A DNA stretch of 63,948 bases, counting the filler, from Octopus bimaculoides (taxonomy: Eukaryota), in NCBI RefSeq assembly GCF_001194135.2. It is 6 parts of 5 records of this genome, joined end to end, with 100 filler letters (N's around TTAATTAATTAA, not from the genome) between each part and the next. Parts side by side here need not be neighbours in the genome. Positions count along the whole stretch, not along the records: positions 1 to 15,034 come from NC_068981.1; 5 more parts are not named here. One strand, given 5' to 3'. Shown in pieces: positions 1 through 11,381 of the stretch. The stretch's first letter is position 1; each line of letters opens with the position of its first letter. Both the position numbers and the translations under genes were made by a program. The notes beneath the pieces are model-generated. The model was not told where the DNA came from. It did no database searches and saw only the letters and a list, made by a program, of their open reading frames with translations.

Positions 1-51
<51 letters not shown>

Positions 52-52
52 C
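1..52. repeat. (AT)n microsatellite
   Basis: Near-perfect AT dinucleotide run at window start. Confidence 0.95.
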
Positions 53-208
53 GATGAGCTTCCACATTGTTTCCGTCTAACGAATTCACTCAAAAGGCAG
101 TGGTCGTTCTGGGGCTACAGTAAAACCCTCACTTGTCCACAGTGGCACACTGTGGGACTGAATCTGAATCTGGTTGTGGAGTGAGGTACTTAGCCATACA
201 CCATCGTG
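53..208 (-). mobile_element. SINE family A (tRNA-derived head), degenerate 5' part
   Basis: Reverse complement aligns by eye to the full copy at 61394-61775 (tttccgtcta..aattcactca..aggc, gtgggactgaa). Confidence 0.75.
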
Positions 209-222
209 CTCCTCTCTCTTTC

Positions 223-223
<1 letters not shown>

Positions 224-267
<44 letters not shown>

Positions 268-341
268 GTGTGTATACATACATATATAAATGTATGCAGG
301 TATGTATGTATGTATGTATGTATGTATATATGTATGTATGC
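224..341. repeat. (ATCT)n / (GTAT)n compound microsatellite
   Basis: Tetranucleotide arrays visible directly. Confidence 0.9.
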
Positions 342-1179
342 ATGACTGAGTGTGCATTTCATAATATATACACAAACACAATGCGGATAGAGAAAAATCG
401 CTATATAAAAACGTGAAGTGGCCAACAGTTCATCAAATATGACCAAATCGTACTTTAAGCTGAAGCCATAGACATCAATAGATCCTTTTTATTCTAGAGA
501 TATAAAAAAATAAAACATACAGCACTTCTATCCAACTTTTAACAAATTCGTTAATCACCTACCTCATTCACCGCTAGCTAGCTTTTACATATTTCTATAT
601 TGTTGAAGTCACTTTGGTTTCTTTCAAATATTCTCCTTATAATGCTGTTCATAAGCATATTTAATATTAGTTTTTTCCATGAATTTCTTTCAAGCCTCCA
701 AATTAATTATATATTTAGTTTCATAACAACAATCTTTATAAATTGTGAAAGGAGAATTTATTATAATTTTTTATAAATATCAGTAAGGAGCTTGCAAATT
801 CTTTGGCTCCCTAGTATGAAATTTCTGCCGAGTTACTGTTCAGCATATATCGAAGCTTCATTATTCCTCGGATCAGTCGCCTGAGGATCGGAATTGAGGA
901 ACATTGAATAATGATTCTCTCAAAGTTCTAATTTTAATAAATATTATTCCAAAGTATTTTACAATATTGATTACTTTCTTACTAATTGGCATTCTTAACT
1001 ATTCTTATACCACCAACCATTATATATATATATATATGTNNNNNNNNNNNNNNNNNNNNNNNNNNNNNNNNNNNNNNNNNNNNNNNNTATATATATTGTT
1101 TATATATATATATGTATATATATAATTGAATATTTGTTTGTATTTCTTATATAAAATATAGTGTTTGTATCTATATATT

Positions 1180-1201
1180 ATCTATCTATCTCCCGTTTCT
1201 C

Positions 1202-1260
<59 letters not shown>

Positions 1261-1306
1261 ATCTATATGTATATATACATAGATATAGAGAAACATATAC
1301 ATATAT

Positions 1307-1343
<37 letters not shown>
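1180..1343. repeat. (ATCT)n and (CA)n microsatellites
   Basis: Visible directly. Confidence 0.9.
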
Positions 1344-1345
<2 letters not shown>

Positions 1346-1761
1346 TTGCACGTTTTCCTATCTGATACTACTACTACTTTAGGTTTCGGAATATTTTAAT
1401 TATTTTTTTGTTTGCTTTTCAGTTTGTGTTCTTGATCACTCACATTCATTGTTTTCTTTTTCTGTTTTTTTTTCTTTACTCAGTTCGTGAAACCTTCAAA
1501 CCTCCCTTTCCTTTATGTTATTACATTTCGCCCTATGTTAAATACAATATAGGAAAGAAGAATTATGAGGAAAAAAAAAACTGAAAGAAAGTGAATAAAG
1601 AATAGAAAGACAAAAAAACAAGCAAGATATAAAAACTTTATTGCCAATTAAAATAGAAACTACGAAATTTTAAACGGAACAATACATTGTACTCTTAAAC
1701 ATAATGGTACTACTACTCGTAGCTTTTTAGCCCCTCAAACGCTTACTGCCTAATCCCTTAG

Positions 1762-1945
1762 GTGATTTACTAAGTTCTTCTATAATTTTCCTTCTCATTG
1801 TGATGATGGTTAAATCGATGAAGCAGACCTCGGTTGATTATTGTATTCTTAATAAAACGGCTGTCGGTGCCAATGGCTTTCAAACAATGAGAAAAGTGAG
1901 AGCAATGTGGGTGAATATCAGGGAGTGGTGTGTGGGAGAGAGAAA
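1762..1945 (+). other. Candidate exon (184 nt, open frame)
   Basis: cccttag|G acceptor, AAA|GTAAGT donor, stop-free frame DLLSSSIIFLLIVMMVKSMKQTSVDYCILNK...EWCVGER; no recognisable homology. Confidence 0.25.
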
Positions 1946-2233
1946 GTAAGTGCAAGCGGTTAAAATTGGGTAAAAAGTAAAATGCAATTCATTAACCCGC
2001 CCCTTAATGCACTAACATTCCCTTTAGTTTGTCGTGATAAAAGGGTTAAATACATTTCTTAAATCAAGTACAAAATCGAATATTTTGCCAGTAAGTGGGG
2101 TAAAAAAACGGCACAGTTTGTTCCATCATATCAATTCACTCTGATTCGATCAACCCTAAACATGTAAATACAACAAAAGACAACTATAATCAAATATACA
2201 CTCATTATATTAATAGACTACAACAAAAACTAT

Positions 2234-2447
2234 CTTTTCTACTATAGGCACAAAGTCTGACATTTTTGGAGAGAGGACTAGTCAAATACGCCGACACTAG
2301 TATTTCACTGGTATTTAATTTATCGATTCTGAAAAGATGAAAGGCAAAGTCGACCTTGGTGGAATTTGTACTCAGAATGTAGCAGGAGACGAAATACCGC
2401 TCAGCATTTAGCACGACGTGCTAACGAGTCTGTCAGCTCACCGCCTT
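2234..2447 (-). mobile_element. SINE family B copy
   Basis: Contains gatgaaaggcaaagtcgacc..gg..gaattt..actcagaa..gaaataccgct..gcattt and ends cagctcaccgcc; minus-strand reading gives A-box/B-box-like head (ggcggtgagctg...gagtacaaattcc). Confidence 0.85.
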
Positions 2448-2466
2448 AAAACAACAAAAACTATAA

Positions 2467-2681
2467 TCCTTTCTATTATAGGCACAAGGCCCGTAGCTTT
2501 GGGGGAGGGAGCTAGTCGATTACATCGACCCCACAATATCACTGGTACTTAATTTATCTACCTCGAGAAGATGAAAAGCAAGGTCGACCTCGGCGGAATT
2601 CGAACTCAGAGTGTAGTGACGGGCCAAATACCGCTAAGCATTTAGCCCGATGTACTTATATGCCTGCCAGCTCACCGCCTT
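2467..2681 (-). mobile_element. SINE family B copy (tandem with previous)
   Basis: Same diagnostic motifs as 2234-2447 and 12266-12501. Confidence 0.85.
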
Positions 2682-4360
2682 AACAACAACAAAAAACTAT
2701 AATAATCCAGAAATGTAACAAATATAATCTTCACTTAACAATGCTTAATTGGTAAAAGACGTCCGTAATTGCCTTCGAAACATTTCTGGTAACCAGAAAT
2801 CTTCGAAATGACAGCAACGTAGTTCACACAACAAGCAACATAGAAATCGGATATTGTTACATAGAAAGCGTTGAATGTAATCTAAAAACTAGCTGATGTG
2901 AAACAGTTTAAAACCCGGTGACAATGGTTTTGACACACAGATTATTCTTAGGTTAACTTGCAGCCCTATAAAAGCAGCAAATACGCATTACAATCAATGT
3001 TTCATTTAGAAAATGCGGCCGAGAATGTCTTTAAGCGTGAACGTGTTTATAAAGGTTATTGTCCAAATTAGACACTAAAAACTAATAAGAAAATATGAAA
3101 GATTATTTACGAAAATGTTTAAAGTAGAACACAATCATGTCTCACTATATAACGCGCACACACATTCACTAATATATCATAGATATTTATATGTACATAT
3201 AAAAATGTGTCAATATGCATACATCTCACTGTGTATTAGTGTGAGTGCGTATGTGTGTGCGTGCATATGTATATCTATTCAGGGGAGAAGGAAAGAAACA
3301 GTTTGAGACATTGTTCAAAAGCTATATACTGAATTTATATAATGTGTAACTCAATAGTAGATATTTTAAGAAATGGCACTAATTACAATTCAAAGAATGC
3401 TATCATTAGTGACGAATAAATAAGACAATTAATTTCACGCTACATGAAGCAAAATTTATTCATCACCATACACAATTTAAGTGTTAGATCGCTTGTTTAA
3501 TTTGTGCTTAAAGAAGGCACACTCTTTTGTCATATATCTCTGATGGCTGTTTTTTTTTTACTTTAATATAATCACATACAGCCTACATTAATTTCAAAGC
3601 ACAACACCTATCAGACACGTATTACACGTATGTGTAGATATTATCTGTAATGGCATTATTAGGAATTAGACACTCAAAAGTACTAAATACTGTTCGTAAA
3701 TAAGTAAGAAAAATACAACTAGAGACTCAAAAATCCAATACTACATCTTACAATATAATCATAATCCAGTTAAAAGCCACAAACTGTATTCAAATGATAG
3801 GCACCCATATAAGCTCTCTACAACTGTTAGGCCTCATGTATCTTATGTAAGTATGTCCACAGGCCCATACATTGGGGTTTTTGAAAGCCTCGTATTATTT
3901 CAGTTTTGGTATATTCGTTGAAACATTTGGAAATATTTGAAATTGTAGAAAACATACAAAATTGGGATTACAAGAGTAAGAAAGACAACCGAACACCAGT
4001 GAAAACTTTCTCAGTACCAGTAACATTTCTGTTCACATATCCACATATTCAGTCTTGGCTCCTCGAAGCTACTTAACTAAATGCATAATACTACATTCAA
4101 AATACTCCATATGCACATTCGTCACTTCTCATTACACCTATAGAGATTCACATGCAAAATTTGAATTTTGACCAATCCTTCAATCACAGAATTGCAAGTC
4201 CGTACAACAAACTCTTACCACATTTTTCTTAGAGATTTCGAAACATCGACAAGTAGAGATAAAAGATAAATGCCAAATGCCTCTGTCATAAATCTGTAAA
4301 GGCTTGGATGATCTATAAGAAACGATACTCGGTCTTAGCATGAAGAAAGACAAATGAAAT

Positions 4361-4516
4361 GCATGGGTGTGGTTGAGAAAATTGCTTTGCGACCAGTGGA
4401 TTTGGATTTAGTGTCACTGCGCGGCACTTAGGCCAAGCGTCATTTACTATAGCCGGAGGGTGACCAACACCTTGTGTGGGGATTTGGCACATGGAAACTG
4501 TATGGAAGCCCGTCGT
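4361..4516 (+). mobile_element. SINE family A, degenerate head and core
   Basis: gcatgggtgtggttgagaa..cactgcgcggcactt..tactatagcc..ggaaactg..ggaagcccgtcg matches the 61394 copy. Confidence 0.75.
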
Positions 4517-4719
4517 ATATATATATATATATATATATATNNNNNNNNNNNNNNNNNNNNNNNNNNNNNNNNNNNNNNNNNNNNNNNNNNNNNNNNNNNN
4601 NNNNNNNNNNNNNNNNNNNNNNNNNNNNNNNNNNNNNNNNTATATATAATATATACAAAGAATGTACTCTTTGTTCAAAACTACTGGCTACTTTTTTGGC
4701 ACCACTTTTTCTTAACCAG

Positions 4720-4803
4720 CTTGAAAATTTCAGACATTATTGTTCTCGCTGTTGTCAATCTTAAAGACGGTTTCAAATTTTCATCTGTCAGCCTGGAACG
4801 CAG
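4720..4803 (+). other. Candidate exon (84 nt, phase 2-2)
   Basis: ctttttcttaaccag|C acceptor with polypyrimidine tract, CAG|GTAAGT donor, open frame LKISDIIVLAVVNLKDGFKFSSVSLER. Confidence 0.3.
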
Positions 4804-5009
4804 GTAAGTCTTGTTCAATTTTAAGGTTGAGAAAAAAGAAGAAAAAACCTCTCACACACATATGTGCTTCCAAACATACACGACACTTTCTTAAACAAAC
4901 ATGATATTTGGGTATTGCACAGGGTGAACATATGTGTAGAACTGAAGCACTCCCAACATCTGAAAACTTCTGGTTTAATGCTAAATCGCATGCGATGTGA
5001 ATTAGTTAA

Positions 5010-5927
5010 ATCTGTAAAGAGGCAGGAGCATCATTAACATCAACAGCAAAGGGGTTCGAAAGCACGTCAAGCTGTGGCTTCATTTCCTTCAATTCTTTGA
5101 ATCGTCCGTCAAATTCCCTCTGCAGTTTGTTGATAAGTTCCACACGCTCTTGTAGTGCATCACCGTCAACTTATTTCAACGTTTTCGGCGATGGGAAATG
5201 GTCAAAGTTTTTTTGGTAGTAATTGTTTCTCTCACAAACTTAGTCTCATTTTGAAATCAGTGATGTTGTTACTCATTTGCATAATCATGTTTAATCACCT
5301 TGGAGCTTCAATCCGAGTCTATTCAGGTGCTTGGTGATACCAACAAGGAAAGCCAGACATGTACAAAAATCATCACCACCCAATTCTGGAACATCTGTTT
5401 GCTTCGTAGCCATGAACACACCTATTTCTTCCCTAAGCGCAGAGAATATCTCCAAAATTTACCCCGACTTAGCCAGCGTACTTCAGAGTGATAAAGCAGC
5501 TCTCCTTATTCACTATCCATTTGCTCCAGGAAGGTCTTGAATTGGCAATGATACAAACTGCGTGCTCTGATGGTATTTACGATTTTGACCACAACATCCA
5601 TGGCATTTCGTAGCTTCACTACTTTTCCACAAACGCTTCTTGATGAATCAGGCAATGAACAGATACAACAGATGTCACGAATACAAACTGCACAAAATAC
5701 AGTGTCATACATAGCAGTACTCTCATCAAGTGCCAGGGAGTACGCATCAAAAGTTTGAGATAATGAAATTAACTGCTTCTCCACGCTAGTTGACATTTCT
5801 GTAATTCATGGAGCAACTGTGTTAGCAGAAAGACAAATTTCAGAGACGATTTTCACTTTTTCTGGAAAGAGAATTTGGGCAACATTCATCAAACTGTCTT
5901 TCACGAATTGACCTTCAGTAAATGGGC
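5010..5927 (-). pseudogene. hAT transposase relic, Charlie/SPIN (GTF2IRD2-like) group
   Basis: Minus-strand peptides SRPFTEGQFVKDSLMNVAQILFPEK..ICLSANTVA, SLALDEST (catalytic D), VVKIVNTIRARSLYHCQFKTFL, LLYHSEVRWLSRGK, LAFLVGITKHL, DFKMRLSL*EKQL..DHFP in the expected order, with stops and frameshifts. Confidence 0.9.
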
Positions 5928-5959
5928 GTGATATATATATATATATATATGTATATATA

Positions 5960-6020
5960 TGTATGTACATTTTCGTGCGTCTGTGTTTGTCCACTCACCA
6001 TCGCTTGTCAAGCGAAGGGG
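5960..6020 (+). mobile_element. SINE family A tail fragment
   Basis: gtctgtgtttgtcc..accatcgcttg matches the family A tail. Confidence 0.55.
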
Positions 6021-6178
6021 GAGAAAAACACAGACACACAAACACATACATACAGACAGACAAGCATGTATACACACACACACGCGCACACACACACACA
6101 CACACACCCNNNNNNNNNNNNNNNNNNNNNNNNNNNNNNNNNNNNNNNNNNNNNNNNNNNNNNNNNNNNNNNNNNNNN

Positions 6179-6236
<58 letters not shown>

Positions 6237-6385
6237 CACGACGGACTACTTTAGTTTCTATCACAAGGCTTCGGTCGGCCCAAGGTTATAACTGAAGACA
6301 CACTCCCAAGGTGCCACGCAGTCAGATTGAACCCGGAATCGTGTGGCTTGGAAGCAAGCTTGTTAACACACAACCACTCTTGTGT
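6237..6385 (-). mobile_element. SINE family A head and core
   Basis: cacaaggcttcggtcggccc..cccaaggtgccacgcagt..gaacccggaatc..gaagcaagctt is the reverse complement of the family A 5' half. Confidence 0.85.
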
Positions 6386-6402
6386 CTATATATATATATA
6401 TA

Positions 6403-6833
6403 AATTGTGGAGGACCCAACTGTGGGATATGCGTCAATTTAATTGAGAGATCAGAGTTCTCCTTCAAACAGTGACAACGTTTCACAGTGAAAAACAAATT
6501 CACATGTGCTTCGGAGAACCTGATATACGCAGTAACCTGCTCTGGCTTTCAAGAGCAATGCACAGGCCAAACAAAAACAGTCTATGTAAAAGAATGGCTC
6601 TGCACAGATACCAGATCAAAATTTCCCAAAACAGAAAAATAGCATTCAGCCAACACATAGGCATCTGCGCCAATAACAAAAATCCAAGCTTCAGAATGTT
6701 TCCACTCTACCAATTCAGCGACGATACAACCTATAACCAACGAATTAGTAAAAAGATTCTCTTTATTACAAAATACAGGCTTCTTTTGAACGCGTCTACA
6801 ACAAATGACATATCCACCACAGCCTTAGAATAA
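6403..6833 (+). pseudogene. Penelope-like element GIY-YIG endonuclease fragment
   Basis: NCGGPNCGIC (Cys cluster)...FTCASENLIYAVTCSGFQEQCTGQTK / (frameshift near 6570) NSLCKRMALHRYQI..FSQHI..C..R..KK..FI.KY..LLN: PLE endonuclease pattern, followed by a pyrimidine-rich tail. Confidence 0.85.
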
Positions 6834-8918
6834 CACTAACACACACGCAAATATTAAAAATGATAGACGCAAGAGATTCCCAAGAATTCATTAAAAAAAC
6901 ATTCCCAATCACTGCTATAATCCATAACGAACCACTTTTAGGACACTTGACCATTTAACACCCTACTACTATCATACTACCTACATTCCTTTTTTTCCCC
7001 TTCTTTTCCTCCTTCTTCCTTTTCGTCTTTTTCCTCTCTGTCACCTCCTTCCTAACTTTACCACTATTGCTGTTCAGAATAACACATACGCAAATTTTAT
7101 AAACAAAACATTCAAAAGAGATGTCTCAAGTATTCAATCACTACTACCATCCACAACGGGTCACTTTCAGGATTAGGGTTAACACACTACTATCATGGCA
7201 CTCCTGCATTCTTCTTCTTCTTCTTCTTCTTCTTCTTCTTCTTCTTCTCTACCAAGAATTCACAACGACCTCAAACCCATAGAGACAAGCAGAAACAAGG
7301 AAAATGCCTCTTGTATTTAAATACTATGCAAATATTCTTTTAAAAAACTTTTCTTTTAATTTTTCCGAAATTTAATTGTTTTCTATACTTACAGTTGAAA
7401 AAGTCTCAATGACTGAAACCGGTATTGAAATGTCTTTTATAAAATTATTTTCGCATTTTCTTCCTTGACTTTTTCCNNNNNNNNNNNNNNNNNNNNNNNN
7501 NNNNNNNNNNNNNNNNNNNNNNNNNNNNNNNNNNNNNNNNNNNNNNNNNNNNNNNNNNNNNNNNNNNNNNNNNNNNNNNNNNNNNNNNNNNNNNNNNNNN
7601 NNNNNNNNNNNNNNNNNNNNTGTGTGTGTGTGTGTGTGTGTTTGTGCGCGTGTTTTTGTGTATGCGTGTTTGTGTATTTGTGCGTGTGTGTGTGTGTGTA
7701 TGTATGTGAGTATGAATGTATGCATAGAATAACAGAAAAAACGGGAGAACCAGATGGTTTGAAGCAGAGAAACGGAAATGAGTCACTCGGTGGTTTGGAA
7801 GCAAGAGAAGAGTTTAGCTGGAAGCTAGCATTGGATGATGAGCAGTTATTTGGTGAACACTCGTAACCAGCTATCGAGAAGGCGTTTCACCTTTGAACCC
7901 CAAATGAACGGTGAACACCACTTGACGACGTCAGCTCTACGTGGTGCCGGCTATATTCACTAAAGGTAAATGAAATAAACGTAATATATTTCTATTGATA
8001 TTAATATAATTGCATGTTTTCGTCTTTCACGACATCAGTATTTAACAAGTGCTACAGTGATACGTGTTTAGAGATACGTGCGATTTGTCTTCACTTAGAA
8101 GATTGAGGGTCTCTCTAGAGGACATAAAAAAATGTGGTAACTGAAATATAAGGTACAACGGAGGTATTCATTATTTGACAACTCATGCGTGTAAAATGTT
8201 GTTAAATGTAAAAATAATTGAAACTAATCATCTTTATTTTCATACTTTTCACTTAATACTGCTTTCGTAAGTAATTCATTATGTTTTTTGTTAAAATCTT
8301 CAGAGCAGCTTAGTGGAAAGTTTATTTCTGTTATCAGATGGTCTCCGACTGTATCTTCTATCGGATTGCCTCTGCTATATGATCACACATTTTTTTAATT
8401 ATAGAAAACACGTGTTCAAGTACACTCGTAGATGTACTCTAGGAAGACAAAGAAACTATTCTACTTTTATACTACAAAAGTAAGTTGTTTTTTTTTACTA
8501 ATATGTATTTTTCTTTGAAATGAATAAAACACTTGGCCACTTTTCTTCATACTTAAAATTTCTGTCTTTCCATAGAAGCCCAAAAGCTCTTTTCAGTAAC
8601 AACTTCATCAAATAATAGATCAATATTTATTTCTTGCTTTCTAGTCCTTTGCTTAATCATAATTGCACACACTACACAGAAGTGGACCAAGCTATATCTC
8701 CAGAATTTATCCACATGATGTTTCCCGGCTGTTTAAAATTCTCTTTCCGTAGTCTAGCATGAGAGATATCTTCCATTAATTCTAAAATGTTTTCAATATT
8801 TTCCCCATCTTCAAGTTTTTTTTTTCTGTTTGGCCTTTGTATTCTGAGACACATATTCATAACTTTTCTTTTTCTGTTTTGTGTATTTGGAATTAGATTT
8901 GCATTCTGCTGCGTTGGA

Positions 8919-9025
8919 AGTCCATACCCAGTATCAATGTGCAAAAAAGCTCTAAACTGCCCACATATAATCCAGTCCATACCCAGTATCAATGTGCTAA
9001 AAAGCTCTAAACTGCCCACATATAA
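8919..9025. repeat. 55-bp tandem duplication inside hAT relic
   Basis: agtccatacccagtatcaatgtgc.aaaaagctctaaactgcccacatataa at 8919-8970 and 8974-9025. Confidence 0.9.
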
Positions 9026-9515
9026 GCCATAAATAAATTGCTCCAAAATTCTTTTCAATGAATTCTTTTTATCAGTTCATGCAGTGTCCTTGTAAACAAA
9101 CATAAAATTTCAAGCCAGCAAAAATGGAAGAATTTCTTTGAACTACTGGTAGTATTGACAAAAATTTAATATTACCATGTTGTAATAACCTTTTGTATTT
9201 CTCTTAGGCAAAGTCACAAAATTCTTGTAGCTGTGATACATGAGCTGCTTATACTTTTAAAACTATTTGAAAATTTTAATTTTACGATAATTGTTTCAAT
9301 ATGAAGTGTGCCCCACAACCAGTGCCAACTAGGTCCCTTTCAAATCTGGTTTTCAATCAGCTGAATATGTTCTTGCTGTTCGTTGTAGACAGTTAAAATT
9401 TGTGTTGAAGTACTCTTCACAAAATCGAATGACCTTTTTCATCAATCAGTGATTTTACATAACTAAGACTGAAGCTTACAATTGACGGATATTTGTCCTC
9501 ATCTTCTTTGTTGTT

Positions 9516-9558
9516 GACACGTTTCGGCTGATATACCCTCCAGCCTTCATCAGGTGTC
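9516..9558 (-). ncRNA. Second copy of HHR-1, probably disabled
   Basis: Reverse complement reads GACAC-CTGATGA-A-GGCTG..CAGCC-GAAAC-GTGTC, lacking the 3-nt cleavage triplet present in the plus copy. Confidence 0.6.
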
Positions 9559-9606
9559 TTGGGGGAAATTTCGAACCTGGGTTCTCATTCCTAAGTTATT
9601 TTTCGA

Positions 9607-9667
<61 letters not shown>

Positions 9668-9674
9668 TCCTCAA

Positions 9675-9720
9675 GACACCTGATGAAGGCTGGAGGGTAT
9701 ATCAGCCGAAACGTTGTGTT
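9675..9720 (+). ncRNA. Minimal type-I hammerhead ribozyme motif (HHR-1)
   Basis: GACAC-CTGATGA-A-GGCTG(gagggtatat)CAGCC-GAAAC-GTT^-GTGTT: stem I GACAC/GTGTT, 5-bp stem II, palindromic AACGTT in place of stem III. Confidence 0.8.
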
Positions 9721-10196
9721 AACAACAAACAAGATGAGGACAAATATCCGTCAATTGTAAATAATGTAAATAATGTACATAATTCCTCATCTGTTAAATA
9801 TAGAACTAAGACAGAAGCATTAGTCAATATCTCAACTGTTTCAGTTGGAACAGTATTGCTATCCAAAATTTTACGTCGTATCCTCTGACCAGAAACATAA
9901 AGTATAATTTCAACATCTTTTCATTTCTAAGTAGTCATAGAAATTGCTTCTGTTAGGCCTTTAGCAAGCTTAGATTTAACCATTCGTGTAATCACAATTA
10001 TATTATGGCTCGTGGTAAATGAAAGTTTGGATCAAACAGTTTTAAGACTAATTTTGACGAACCGTCGAATGTCTTGAAACTTAATTTATGAGTAACATTA
10101 TGAATAGCAAAAGTGGCTCCTTTAGCGGTATCGAGAAGTTCTAATTCAATTATTTTTATGAATTTTTATGTAAAAAAAAAAAAAAGTATCTAGTTA

Positions 10197-10560
10197 GGCG
10201 CGGATGTATGGTAAGAAGCTTGTTTCTCAACCACATGGTTCCAGTTCACATCTTGGGCAAGTGGCTTCGCACGTCGTCAACGCACGAAACTCTCGAACCT
10301 TGAGTTACTCTGTTGCTTCTGCTAAATGTTAATAATATATATGTGTGTGTATCTGTGTCTGTCCCCGTCACCGCTTGACAACTGTTGTTTGTGTGTTTAT
10401 GTTCCAGTAACATAGCCGTTAATTAAAGAGAACGATAGTATAAGTACCGTGTTTTAAAGGAAAATAAATACTGGGGTCGATTCATTCGACTAAACTCTTT
10501 CAGGGTTGTGCACCAGCATGGCCGCAGTCAAATTGCTGAAACAAGTAAAAGATGAAAGAT
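10197..10560 (+). mobile_element. SINE family A, near full length, degenerate
   Basis: Head (tggtaagaagcttg..aaccacatggttcc), tail (ctggggtcgattcattcgactaa..ccagcatggccgcagtcaa..gaaacaagtaaaaga). Confidence 0.85.
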
Positions 10561-11156
10561 TAAATCTAAATTGTGATGAATTAGCGGTAAAACACGCTTT
10601 GTGCCTTTGAAATTCTAAATAGTCTTTCATACCCATTTTACTTCACTGTACCACAGAGAACTCGGCAAAGAAATGATCACATTTTTCTNNNNNNNNNNNN
10701 NNNNNNNNNNNNNNNNNNNNNNNNNNNNNNNNNNNNNNNNNNNNNNNNNNNNNNNNNNNNNNNNNNNNNNNNNNNNNNNNNNNNNNNNNNNNNNNNNNNN
10801 NNNNNNNNNNNNNNNNNNNNNNNNNNNNNNNNNNNNNNNNNNNNNNNNNNNNNNNNNNNNNNNNNNNNNNNNNNNNNNNNNNNNNNNNNNNNNNNNNNNN
10901 NNNNNNNNNNNNNNNNNNNNNNNNNNNNNNNNNNNNNNNNNNNNNNNNNNNNNNNNNNNNNNNNNNNNNNNNNNNNNNNNNNNNNNNNNNNNNNNNNNNN
11001 NNNNNNNNNNNNNNNNNNNNNNNNNNNNNNNNNNNNNNNNNNNNNNNNNNNNNNNNNNNNNNNNNNNNNNNNNNNNNNNNNNNNNNNNNNNNNNNNNNNN
11101 NNNNNNNNNNNNNNNNNNNNNNNNNNNNNNNNNNNNNNNNNNNNNNNNNNNNNNNA

Positions 11157-11381
11157 TATAAAGTCACCTGACAGTAAATCAAAACCATTTAATTCCAAAA
11201 TTTATTTATGTTTAACAACTGAATGAATTTAATAAAAGCATCTAAATATGAAACATCATGAAAATTGTTCAAACTGAAGTTCTTCTTGAGCGACACATTT
11301 TCCCCTTCGAGTCATTACAGAAATACAGATAGCATTTACGAAATTTTGATTTACTGTCAGGTGACTTTTGGCCAACTCTGT
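11157..11381. mobile_element. Tc1/mariner-type MITE (left end lost in gap)
   Basis: aaagtcacctgacagtaaatcaaaa near 11160 is the reverse complement of ttttgatttactgtcaggtgacttttggccaactctg|ta at the right end; TA flank. Confidence 0.75.

Larger units (their letters stand above)
9476..9803. mobile_element. Non-autonomous fold-back element (PLE-derived) with ~90-bp inverted arms and 15-bp TSD
   Basis: Arms 9476-9567 and 9667-9760 are reverse complements around an (ATT)n-containing loop; flanking direct repeat aactaagac(t/a)gaagc at 9461-9475 and 9804-9818. Confidence 0.85.
8290..10145 (-). pseudogene. Second hAT transposase relic (different subfamily), interrupted by the 9476-9803 insert
   Basis: Minus-strand peptides GATFAIHNVTHKLSFKTFDGSSKLVLKLFD, KILDSNTVPTETVEILT, DLVGTGCGAH (CxxH), LQEFCDFA*EKYKRLLQHGNIKFLSILP, STSTSVLEHVFSII and LITEINFPLSC (dimerisation region). 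Confidence 0.85.
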
